Shown here one piece after another: positions 16,881 through 24,029 of a stretch of 24,159 bases of DNA (its first letter is position 1; each line of letters opens with the position of its first letter). The position numbers were made by a program, and so were the translations under genes. The notes under the pieces were generated by a model that was not told where the DNA came from, did not search any database, and was given only the letters and a program-made list of their open reading frames with translations. The stretch lies in the IMG/VR virus record IMGVR_UViG_3300033475_000135, positions 1 through 24,159 of that record; one strand, given 5' to 3'. The DNA comes from a virus (taxonomy: Duplodnaviria > Caudoviricetes).

Positions 16881-16967
16881 TGGAGCTGATCGGGGTCGAA
16901 CCGACGATCTAATCCCGCTTGCGCTTTCTTGGGGAGTCACATTAGCGCCGCCAATGCTACCAGCCCC
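16881..16967 (-). ncRNA. 87-nt RNA resembling the tmRNA tRNA-like domain without an mRNA-like domain
   Basis: Acceptor GGGGCTG/CAGCTCC-A with G3-U70, T arm GTCGG-TTCGACC-CCGAT, helix CTAA..TCCC/GGGA-TTAG, and no anticodon arm. Confidence 0.6.
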
Positions 16968-16970
16968 TCA

Positions 16971-17150
16971 TTAAGCTTCAGGATGTAGACTTGGAATAAA
17001 ATTACCCTGCCAGCTTGGTAAAGTGTGAGGGTAATTAGTTTTGATGACAGGGACTTTTGAAAGATCAACCGGTCTTTCTGCACGTTTCATTGCATCATTC
17101 CAGTCCTTCTCTCTTAGCTGCCTCTGGTACTCAAATATTTCTTTAGTCAT
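16971..17150 (-). CDS. hypothetical protein
   Basis: Start MTKEIFEY at 17150. Confidence 0.6.
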   Translation of the reverse strand: MTKEIFEYQRQLREKDWNDAMKRAERPVDLSKVPVIKTNYPHTLPSWQGNFIPSLHPEA

Positions 17151-17154
17151 AGTA

Positions 17155-17292
17155 TTAACCAAAAATAAGTAAATAAATGATTCCAGTTACGCAGATAGTA
17201 ATACCTATTTTTACACTCCAATGGTATCTATCATGCTCAGGTTTATGTTTGGGAAATAATCCTTCCAACACTTGCTCTGCAAAAGATTTCAT
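17155..17292 (-). CDS. small membrane protein (45 aa)
   Basis: Start MKSFAEQV at 17292 (ATGA overlap); C-terminal TM. Confidence 0.6.
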   Translation of the reverse strand: MKSFAEQVLEGLFPKHKPEHDRYHWSVKIGITICVTGIIYLLIFG

Positions 17293-17384
17293 TTGCCCCA
17301 TTTTGCCTTTATGAATAATGCCACTCCTATGAGTACAAGAATACATCCACCTGTGAAAACAATAACCATTGCTACATTTTCCAT
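17289..17384 (-). CDS. single-TM microprotein (31 aa)
   Basis: MENVAMVIVFTGGCILVLIGVALFIKAKWGK; its stop overlaps the next start (ATGA). Confidence 0.6.
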   Translation of the reverse strand: MENVAMVIVFTGGCILVLIGVALFIKAKWGK

Positions 17385-17397
17385 AATTGAAAGTTTG

Positions 17398-17425
17398 TGA
17401 GCCCACTAGTTGTCTAATGGGCTCA
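17398..17425 (-). terminator. stem-loop (terminator or processing hairpin)
   Basis: TGAGCCCATTAG-ACAA-CTAGTGGGCTCA with a weak U tail. Confidence 0.5.
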
Positions 17426-17428
17426 TTA

Positions 17429-17554
17429 CTACTTCTTGTTACTGCCGGGCTTTGTGTATGCCGGTTTATCACTAGCTGAGATTTTCTCATAGCTAGCGAT
17501 ACGCTCCGCTAGGCGGGCTGCTTGTTTTCTCGATTTAACCTTAGAAAGAGACAT
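17429..17554 (-). CDS. small basic protein (41 aa)
   Basis: MSLSKVKSRKQAARLAERIASYEKISASDKPAYTKPGSNKK, with an A-rich leader and a hairpin directly after the stop. Confidence 0.6.
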   Translation of the reverse strand: MSLSKVKSRKQAARLAERIASYEKISASDKPAYTKPGSNKK

Positions 17555-17570
17555 CTGTTTCCTTTTACGG

Positions 17571-17672
17571 TTAGTTGAGATTGACGATTTGGGCAGCGGT
17601 TATTGACACGAATATTTCCCATTTGCCTGTGAGCTTCAGGAGAAATCCATCCAAAACCACCGAGTGGATCAT
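17571..17672 (-). CDS. putative microprotein (33 aa)
   Basis: MIHSVVLDGFLLKLTGKWEIFVSITAAQIVNLN fits the gap without overlaps. Confidence 0.4.
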   Translation of the reverse strand: MIHSVVLDGFLLKLTGKWEIFVSITAAQIVNLN

Positions 17673-17696
17673 AGATTTTGTTACCCATATAGAGAA

Positions 17697-18293
17697 TTAA
17701 TGTTTCCACTCAATGAAGGGGCATAAATCCTGTATCCATGCACGAATATACATGAACATCAGCCAGTTTGCAGGATTAAGTGAGTAATACCACTTCTTCT
17801 TTTGTAATTCGTGATGAAATTCACTCCATCCAAGGGTAGGATTAGCTGCTATGAATAATTTATACTCAGTGTTCTCCCGCTCCGTTTTTCTCTCTGTATA
17901 AAGAGCCCCTATTATTACACCAATACTACCCATCATGATAATACAAGCAAATATAAAAGGTCCCGGAAACGGATGAGTTTGTAATCCCATCAGATAAAGA
18001 ATATGAGCACACCACAAACTGAATAATACTATACATGCATATAATAGCATTCCCAATACCACCATCCCTCTTGGAGATGAGCCTTTCATACGCCTGCGAA
18101 ATCCGTTTGATCTCCTTAATGTATTAACCAATACATATGCAGGCAGTGATAACAAATGAACAGGAGGGGCTAGCACTAATGCAAGTACTAACTTCCAGAA
18201 ATACAAACACAGAGAGCTTGGAAGCCTATATGTGTCATAAAACCATTTATATGTCATAGCATGCCATGACATACGAGAGATAGAAATTTTCAT
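17697..18293 (-). CDS. multi-pass membrane protein
   Basis: Three hydrophobic segments; LPSSLCLYFWKLV and CPFIEW motifs. Confidence 0.78.
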   Translation of the reverse strand: MKISISRMSWHAMTYKWFYDTYRLPSSLCLYFWKLVLALVLAPPVHLLSLPAYVLVNTLRRSNGFRRRMKGSSPRGMVVLGMLLYACIVLFSLWCAHILYLMGLQTHPFPGPFIFACIIMMGSIGVIIGALYTERKTERENTEYKLFIAANPTLGWSEFHHELQKKKWYYSLNPANWLMFMYIRAWIQDLCPFIEWKH

Positions 18294-18315
18294 TATGAAA
18301 TTGTTTTAGAATTTT

Positions 18316-18349
18316 AAAAAAATAGCTGGAGTATAGAAATACCCCAGCT
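18316..18349 (-). terminator. intrinsic terminator
   Basis: AGCTGGGGTAT-TTCT-ATACTCCAGCT followed by ATTTTTTT. Confidence 0.75.
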
Positions 18350-18400
18350 TCTCTATCTACACTAACACTTTGTACGTTAATATTTTTGGTAACTAGGAAG

Positions 18401-18432
18401 GAAATAAGGGAGGGTGGTCGAATCCCTCCCTT
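18401..18432 (-). terminator. hairpin / terminator
   Basis: AAGGGAGGG-ATTCGACCA-CCCTCCCTT followed by ATTTC. Confidence 0.55.
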
Positions 18433-18451
18433 TAGGAGTGCCTGCCACCAA

Positions 18452-18640
18452 TTAGTAATGAAAAGCAGCAATTGGCGAGGTGCCTGCGGGAGAATTATCC
18501 GCATTTACTGCTATTACCCTCACTAATATAGTTTGTTCTGCTTGTGATGGCTGAACAGTCTTCTTTGTGCAGGATGACATCAAAGCTATGATAGCTATCA
18601 TCATCACTGCCGAAGCTATGAGTTTTTGTTTCCTGCTCAT
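18452..18640 (-). CDS. small lipoprotein
   Basis: Basic N-terminus, hydrophobic core and LMSSC lipobox. Confidence 0.72.
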   Translation of the reverse strand: MSRKQKLIASAVMMIAIIALMSSCTKKTVQPSQAEQTILVRVIAVNADNSPAGTSPIAAFHY

Positions 18641-19236
18641 TTATTAAGTTTTACGGTTAGTGAATAGGTTTTGTTCGATTGGAGATTATTGGGCATTTGA
18701 ACTGCCACTATCTCCCAAGTTTTGCCATTGTCTCTGCTAAATTCTACATTATAGAATTTGATCTGAGACTCTTCAGCCACCTGAAATTCCACTGTCACAT
18801 AGTCCTCATATACATGAGTGACCTTGGGAGCATTCACAAACTTTACTGGCAAACTACCAGTGGTAGTGGTATTGATGGTGATGGCTTGTGGACTTTCACC
18901 TTTCCAGTCACATTGCGTGAGTGCCTGAAATACAAACTTTGCAGTCGGTGAGAATGCACCAGTGAAATAGAACACTTGCTCCTGTCCCTCAATAGTATTA
19001 TAATAAGTGGTATTACCGTTATTAGCTGGTGATACACTTGTTATAGTGACATTCTGATAGACAATGGAGAAGTTGAAGTTGGGATTCTTTTGCTTGCAAT
19101 CCTGCAAGCTAACGAGCTTGAAAACGTATTGCCCATTTACATAGCCCTCATAAGTAATATCAAGATACTTATCAGCAGCATGCTGAGCAAATAATGAGAT
19201 TGGTAAGAGATAGAGAAAAATAAGAAACTTCTTCAC
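18637..19236 (-). CDS. exported protein with a Bacteroidota 'LPV' beta-sandwich module
   Basis: Signal peptide; C-terminal SLPVKFV...V.F.VAEESQIKFYNVEFSRDNGKTWEIV; GTG start. Confidence 0.75.
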   Translation of the reverse strand: MKKFLIFLYLLPISLFAQHAADKYLDITYEGYVNGQYVFKLVSLQDCKQKNPNFNFSIVYQNVTITSVSPANNGNTTYYNTIEGQEQVFYFTGAFSPTAKFVFQALTQCDWKGESPQAITINTTTTGSLPVKFVNAPKVTHVYEDYVTVEFQVAEESQIKFYNVEFSRDNGKTWEIVAVQMPNNLQSNKTYSLTVKLNK

Positions 19237-19254
19237 GTTTTAGGGTTTTAGATT

Positions 19255-19285
19255 AAGAAATTAGAGGAGGGATTTCTCCCTCCTC
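19255..19285 (-). terminator. intrinsic terminator
   Basis: GAGGAGGGA-GAAA-TCCCTCCTC followed by TAATTTCTT. Confidence 0.7.
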
Positions 19286-19307
19286 ATTTTCCCGGTGGAA
19301 ATACATA

Positions 19308-19889
19308 TTATTTTGTGGCCTCAGCTTTCGGCATACCAGCAGTCTCTACAGGAGTAGTAGGCGTGGCGGCGAGAGCAGCACGGGCAGCGAGATGATTCAC
19401 GAGGTCTTCAGGAGTGCGCAGGAGATAGTCCTTGCCACTGCCATCTTCCATGTATGTCATCTTCATGAAGATGGGGAAGAACTTCTCGTTCAGCGTTACA
19501 CCAATAGATTCGTCCGTCTGAGGATTAATCTTGGGCTGCTGGTTCTTCCAGAAAGGCTCAGTGCTCTCCGTAATGATGATTTTACCCGGCAATTCCATGC
19601 CAGCCTTCAGATTGTTTGCCTTCACGATAGAATTCAGCACTTCCAGTGTACCGGAAATGAATGCTACACGGCGACGAACATTGAGGAAAGAGCCATTTGC
19701 CAGACTCTGTGTGTGCTGCTCGAGGCGAATGGAACCAAGTTCCTTGCCATTGAGATCAGTTTTGGGCGTGGTGCCATCCTGATCCATCAGCGGAGTGATA
19801 ATGGGATTACCATCAATATTTTCGTTAGCCACCAAGACAACTGGGGTTGTCTTATTGAGAAAAGCTGTAAGGGAAGTTTTCGTTTCCAT
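19308..19889 (-). CDS. conserved crAss-like hypothetical protein (possibly nucleic-acid binding)
   Basis: IRLEQ...RRVAFISG...LPGKIIITESTEPF pattern; strong A-rich leader and its own terminator. Confidence 0.8.
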   Translation of the reverse strand: METKTSLTAFLNKTTPVVLVANENIDGNPIITPLMDQDGTTPKTDLNGKELGSIRLEQHTQSLANGSFLNVRRRVAFISGTLEVLNSIVKANNLKAGMELPGKIIITESTEPFWKNQQPKINPQTDESIGVTLNEKFFPIFMKMTYMEDGSGKDYLLRTPEDLVNHLAARAALAATPTTPVETAGMPKAEATK

Positions 19890-19932
19890 GTTTTTGTTTT
19901 TAATAATTTAATACTTCAGAGAACAAGGGATT

Positions 19933-20148
19933 TTAAAAATCTGCGCTGCTAATTTCTTTGAATTTACTTGCAGGCAGGTAGATGTTTCTACCATCTCTCG
20001 ATGTCACTTTCACCATATCATATGGTAGCGAAGGATATTCGCCTTGAGTAAACATCTTTTGCGGGAGCGAAAGCTCATTATTGCGAATTGCGAAGCCAAG
20101 CTGATTAGCTGCTCCGCCTTTAACTACAGGTGCTGTGTGAAAACGCAT
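19933..20148 (-). CDS. hypothetical protein
   Basis: ATG start MRFHTAP at 20148; TTG at 20172 is also possible. Confidence 0.6.
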   Translation of the reverse strand: MRFHTAPVVKGGAANQLGFAIRNNELSLPQKMFTQGEYPSLPYDMVKVTSRDGRNIYLPASKFKEISSADF

Positions 20149-20200
20149 TATGGGAAGATTTAGATATGACAATACTAACTCTTAGGCGTGAGAACTGAGT

Positions 20201-20341
20201 TTAGCGATTACCATATCCAACCATGCCTTGTGTGGCTATGCAACCATGCCTGTTCGATCCATAATTCCTCTCAGAAGTGCAGGAACTCATAGCAAGTGCA
20301 AGAACGACGCATAATACAATGGCGGAAATGATTGATTTCAT
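20201..20341 (-). CDS. small lipoprotein (46 aa)
   Basis: Not in the track. MKSIISAIVLCVVLALAMSSCTSERNYGSNRHGCIATQGMVGYGNR, with lipobox AMSSC. Confidence 0.7.
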   Translation of the reverse strand: MKSIISAIVLCVVLALAMSSCTSERNYGSNRHGCIATQGMVGYGNR

Positions 20342-20376
20342 GATGTTTGAAGGTTTTATTTGTTATTAAATAGGAT

Positions 20377-20604
20377 TTACTTCTTCTCCTGTTTGCACAA
20401 TACTACATTGTCTTGGCTGCCAAAGTACACAATGTACTTTCCATCCAGTGTCTTGGCTTTGTTAGAACCACACTTGTAGAAAATATGCTCTTTGGGTTTC
20501 TCCTCACCATTTGTTTGAGAGTAAATGGTGGTGGTGAATGCAAATGGCGAGCCACGATGCAATAAGTGAAAAGGCATGACACGATCCTGCTTTACGATAG
20601 GCAT
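20377..20604 (-). CDS. hypothetical protein
   Basis: 75-aa ORF on the coding strand. Confidence 0.65.
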   Translation of the reverse strand: MPIVKQDRVMPFHLLHRGSPFAFTTTIYSQTNGEEKPKEHIFYKCGSNKAKTLDGKYIVYFGSQDNVVLCKQEKK

Positions 20605-20747
20605 GATGTAGATATATTATGGGTGAAAGAATACAGAATAAAATGATACCCCAATTATACAAGGTTTTCTTGGGAAGTGTCCTTGCTGTTTATGGGCGAG
20701 AGCTGAGCTTCTCCTCTCATAGGCCATATAATCAGAGTATCAAAGAG

Positions 20748-21071
20748 CTAATCCAGAATCTCAGAAGCCTCAAGACGTTCAGCCTCAGTCTTCGTGATGT
20801 AGATGTAGGATATACGTCCTCTCTTCTTGATGGTGAGCATTTGCCTACCATCTGCAAATTCACTCACTTTTAATTGCACATCTGGACTGGAATCAAGAGG
20901 TCTTTTGAACTCCATCAAATCCCCAGCAATATGAAGTGCAAGCCACAAAGCTAAACCTGCAAATAATCCTGCCATTATAAATAATGAATGATTATCTTCA
21001 ATTCCAGCAATACAATTCATGTAAATTGCAATGGCCACCAATACGATGAATACAATGATTTTTGCTCTCAT
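20748..21071 (-). CDS. two-TM membrane protein
   Basis: Start MRAKIIVF at 21071; two TM segments and a soluble tail. Confidence 0.7.
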   Translation of the reverse strand: MRAKIIVFIVLVAIAIYMNCIAGIEDNHSLFIMAGLFAGLALWLALHIAGDLMEFKRPLDSSPDVQLKVSEFADGRQMLTIKKRGRISYIYITKTEAERLEASEILD

Positions 21072-21180
21072 AATTGAGATTTTATTGTGAATCAATTAGT
21101 TACAAAGAGAAGAAGGACTGCCTATGTTTTGGGCAATGCTCCGCAATAGCGACTCAGTCCTTCTCTGTGCTGCAAGCCTC

Positions 21181-21273
21181 TTATCTCCTACTCAATTGAT
21201 TATAGATGTATAACATCCAATCATTGAATGAGAGAGTCTTTTCAGGGTAGTACGTTGATTGTACTTTGATCAT
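21181..21273 (-). CDS. putative microprotein (30 aa)
   Basis: MIKVQSTYYPEKTLSFNDWMLYIYNQLSRR lies immediately downstream of the 21289 stop. Confidence 0.5.
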   Translation of the reverse strand: MIKVQSTYYPEKTLSFNDWMLYIYNQLSRR

Positions 21274-21288
21274 ATATAAGGAGATTGA

Positions 21289-21501
21289 TTACGAAGTTGG
21301 TGCGTTAGGATATTCTAGTGTATCCTCATATTCATTTCCCTTATATTCCTCACCTTTCTCCTGCATCTGATAATTCTGCTGTGCATCCTTAATGATCTTT
21401 ACCAAATCGTTGAATGTTACACCATAACTATCCAGATTATACTCACTTTTCTTCTTAGCCTGTCTTTTAACAGCTTTGACGAGATGCTCAAATATATTCA
21501 T
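21289..21501 (-). CDS. hypothetical protein
   Basis: 70-aa ORF. Confidence 0.65.
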   Translation of the reverse strand: MNIFEHLVKAVKRQAKKKSEYNLDSYGVTFNDLVKIIKDAQQNYQMQEKGEEYKGNEYEDTLEYPNAPTS

Positions 21502-21516
21502 AAAGAAATGATTTAC

Positions 21517-21547
21517 AAAAGAATAGGGATGACATTACTGCCATCCC
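21517..21547 (-). terminator. intrinsic terminator
   Basis: GGGATGGCA-GTAA-TGTCATCCC followed by TATTCTTTT. Confidence 0.75.
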
Positions 21548-21573
21548 CGTGGTTTCCTGTTGTCCGCCCATAA

Positions 21574-21807
21574 TTATTTCTTGTAGGCAATATGCAAGCG
21601 ATATTTATGCCCCTTGCACTCCACCCATGCAACTACCGTATCAGGTTGCTCTTTCGTTCCTGCAATACCTACAGGCTCATCAGCATCTACATGATATTTA
21701 GCGTAGAAGCCCATTTCCCTTCTGGGAGTAGTGCATGAACACCAACTCATAATAATATAAAGAGCTAATACTAAAAATGCGAGACCGAGGATTTTCTTTG
21801 TATTCAT
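21574..21807 (-). CDS. putative lipoprotein
   Basis: Signal followed by SWCSC. Confidence 0.68.
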   Translation of the reverse strand: MNTKKILGLAFLVLALYIIMSWCSCTTPRREMGFYAKYHVDADEPVGIAGTKEQPDTVVAWVECKGHKYRLHIAYKK

Positions 21808-21818
21808 GGTGTAAGAAT

Positions 21819-21998
21819 TTACTTTTTAACTACTACCACATCTAGCTTTTTCTCAATAAGCTGACTAGACGCCCAAAGAATCTTAGCTAAGTCTTTTATG
21901 CCTATAGTATTTGCAATATTTGTTTTGATTGCAAACACCAATTCCTCATCAGTTAAGGACTTCAATTCAGTAATATCTTCCTGAGACAATATATTCAT
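21819..21998 (-). CDS. hypothetical protein
   Basis: Start MNILSQED at 21998. Confidence 0.62.
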   Translation of the reverse strand: MNILSQEDITELKSLTDEELVFAIKTNIANTIGIKDLAKILWASSQLIEKKLDVVVVKK

Positions 21999-22019
21999 AA
22001 TTAAGAATTTACAAATAAA

Positions 22020-22260
22020 TGGCTGCAAGCATCTAATAGTGCTCGTTGAGAGACCTCAACGTGAGGCCAAACGATGCCGAATATCCCATTAGTGCCGCAG
22101 CCAAAGAAGTTTTAAATCAAATAGGTAACTCACTACGTAACCCTATTCGATTGCTGATCTGTGTTTGTGTGGTATGATCCATTCAGGCGTCCCATGTATC
22201 TGAATCATACCCGTGATCGTCCTCCTCGTAGTGGTTCTCGCTTCTTGTGTTGTGACACAA
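22020..22260 (-). ncRNA. candidate structured RNA region (two domains)
   Basis: Several long complementary segments (see findings) and no convincing ORF. Confidence 0.4.
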
Positions 22261-22352
22261 AAGGAGCTAGGAGTAGCTATGTAGAATAATATAAATCAAT
22301 TAGATAAGCACACACCTTGCCATTTCTGGGATTAGTGTGTGCCTGTGCGATC

Positions 22353-22886
22353 TTAAACAGCCAATTGGCTCTGATGAGACTTTTGTAAACGTTGGATGAA
22401 AAATTGTGGAATTTTCCCATCTTGTAGATGCATTCGATCATTAACACTGAGAACGTGCCCATTATTAAGACCATTCCACTGCCATCCACCTGTGTGTGTA
22501 AATACAACAACATCCTCAATTACCATAAAGGGCGAATATTTGCGCTCTTTATAATAATCTGAGTCTGTCTCCATTACATAATCAGGCACAGCAACTATTG
22601 TGTATACTGTCCTTTCCAACTCATCGACTCTTTTATCCAGCCTGAAAGTGTAAGTGAGAGATTCCCGCTTGCTATCACGCTCAGCTGTGTATTTCTCTCT
22701 GATTATACCTGCTATCTGTCCGATAATCTCCAATGTGCTATTATATGCACTGCGTGCATCACACCACATCTGACGTAGATGATCGAACTCAGGAGCAGCA
22801 TACTCCTTCAGATTATATACTCCAATCCAATTCTTGGGGTCTTTGGATAATCTTTCCTGATTACTCTTGAAATCAGTGATATTCAT
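22353..22886 (-). CDS. hypothetical protein
   Basis: 177-aa ORF with an AT-rich leader. Confidence 0.78.
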   Translation of the reverse strand: MNITDFKSNQERLSKDPKNWIGVYNLKEYAAPEFDHLRQMWCDARSAYNSTLEIIGQIAGIIREKYTAERDSKRESLTYTFRLDKRVDELERTVYTIVAVPDYVMETDSDYYKERKYSPFMVIEDVVVFTHTGGWQWNGLNNGHVLSVNDRMHLQDGKIPQFFIQRLQKSHQSQLAV

Positions 22887-22939
22887 ATATTAGTGTGTTA
22901 GTTACGATAGAATGTATTCTTACATAGCATTTCTGCTAT

Positions 22940-22974
22940 AAAAGAAAAAGAGGAGGATATAGAAATACCCTCCT
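22940..22974 (-). terminator. intrinsic terminator
   Basis: AGGAGGGTAT-TTCT-ATATCCTCCT followed by CTTTTTCTTTT. Confidence 0.75.
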
Positions 22975-23033
22975 GAATTGTTGATCGAATAACCATGAAA
23001 TGTGCTCCTTCCTAGAAACACACAGTATTTTTA

Positions 23034-23255
23034 CTAGAATTGCTGCCTTCCTATCCTTATCCACTCATCATTCTCCTCTGCTACAACAAATATATATGTC
23101 TCACCAGATGCTTCTGATGTCCATACCTGCACTCTCTCGGCATTAGGAGCAAATCTCTTAATCACCTTTAATATCTCGGCATCCAATATCCATATATCAA
23201 TCCAATAAAGATTAATAGAATCAGAAGGAGACATATCTCTGTGAATGAGTAGCAT
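23034..23255 (-). CDS. hypothetical protein
   Basis: Likely start MLLIHRD at 23255. Confidence 0.6.
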   Translation of the reverse strand: MLLIHRDMSPSDSINLYWIDIWILDAEILKVIKRFAPNAERVQVWTSEASGETYIFVVAEENDEWIRIGRQQF

Positions 23256-23408
23256 AAACGTAATAGTATTAATTATTAATGATGTGGTTTTGAACAGTAA
23301 TAAAAACAACTCGTTAAAGTGGGTTGTATTACCCCTCATCTCTCTCAATTACTAATAATCAATCAGTTATGCAAACAAATCATCAACAAAATACAAAGAG
23401 AACAGAGC

Positions 23409-23693
23409 TTATTGCCCTGCTCTCTTTATAATAATATAGTAGTGAAGTGTACATGAAGTGCATTTGCTCTCCAATACTGTATCACCCACGCGATACATAG
23501 TATCCAGCATGATGGTTTCCTTGGCTGTGTATCTGAATTGATCAGCCGCATCCCATTCCTGCACTAAATACTTCACCTTCTCGGGTTTTGTGGGAACATC
23601 AGGCAGATGGCCTGAGCGTGTACTGCATGATACTACCATAATATATAGTAATATCGTGATCAGAGAAAGGGAGGAGAAAGATTTGATTTGCAT
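23409..23693 (-). CDS. putative lipoprotein
   Basis: Hydrophobic signal and VVSC lipobox. Confidence 0.7.
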   Translation of the reverse strand: MQIKSFSSLSLITILLYIMVVSCSTRSGHLPDVPTKPEKVKYLVQEWDAADQFRYTAKETIMLDTMYRVGDTVLESKCTSCTLHYYIIIKRAGQ

Positions 23694-23750
23694 ATGTTGG
23701 TGTTTAGATGATCGTGATCTGAGATGGATAATAAAAGCAGCAAAAGTAGC

Positions 23751-24029
23751 TTACGCTACTTTCACATGCAACCACTTGAGCATGATGATTGTCTTCTCAC
23801 CATCCTCCTCAATCTCAAAGGGACGCTCAACCACATCGAAGTTTGCGAGGTCCTCCTTGAGTTCCGCACCAATAGTTGCTGCACTCGGCATGCCACCAAT
23901 ATAATAGGTGCGTGTCACAGTCTTGGTGACACCAAATGCCTTAGCGGTCTGAGCAATTGCCAGTTTCCATACGAAGGTCTTGCCGGAATTTGAAGGATTA
24001 CATGCGACGACTTTGAAAATGCTTTCCAT
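23751..24029 (-). CDS. hypothetical protein
   Basis: Likely start MESIFKVV at 24029 after an A/T-rich leader. Confidence 0.72.
   Translation of the reverse strand: MESIFKVVACNPSNSGKTFVWKLAIAQTAKAFGVTKTVTRTYYIGGMPSAATIGAELKEDLANFDVVERPFEIEEDGEKTIIMLKWLHVKVA

Noticed and set aside
17293-17709. Track ORFs 17155-17490 (long form) and 17509-17709
   Set aside because: Better explained by shorter non-overlapping ORFs with A-rich leaders, an ATGA coupling and an intervening hairpin.
22183-22260. Acidic peptide frame LCHNTRSENHYEEDDHGYDSDTWDA, possibly with TAG read-through
   Set aside because: An in-frame TAG and then a TAA lie just upstream, the only start is a weak TTG, and the region looks RNA-structured.
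2010-22519. Nested minus-strand ORFs (2010, 4334, 10829, 15175, 15847, 18247, 18843, 22277)
   Set aside because: They are alternative frames inside stronger genes or run across terminators.
14470-23400. CRISPR mini-array or mobile element in the intergenic gaps
   Set aside because: No regularly spaced direct repeats, terminal inverted repeats, transposase or integrase were seen.
50-23993. All plus-strand ORFs in the track (e.g. 9507-9947, 11622-12077, 19392-19952)
   Set aside because: They mostly lie antisense to well-supported minus-strand genes or RNAs and show no recognisable motifs; they are shadow ORFs.
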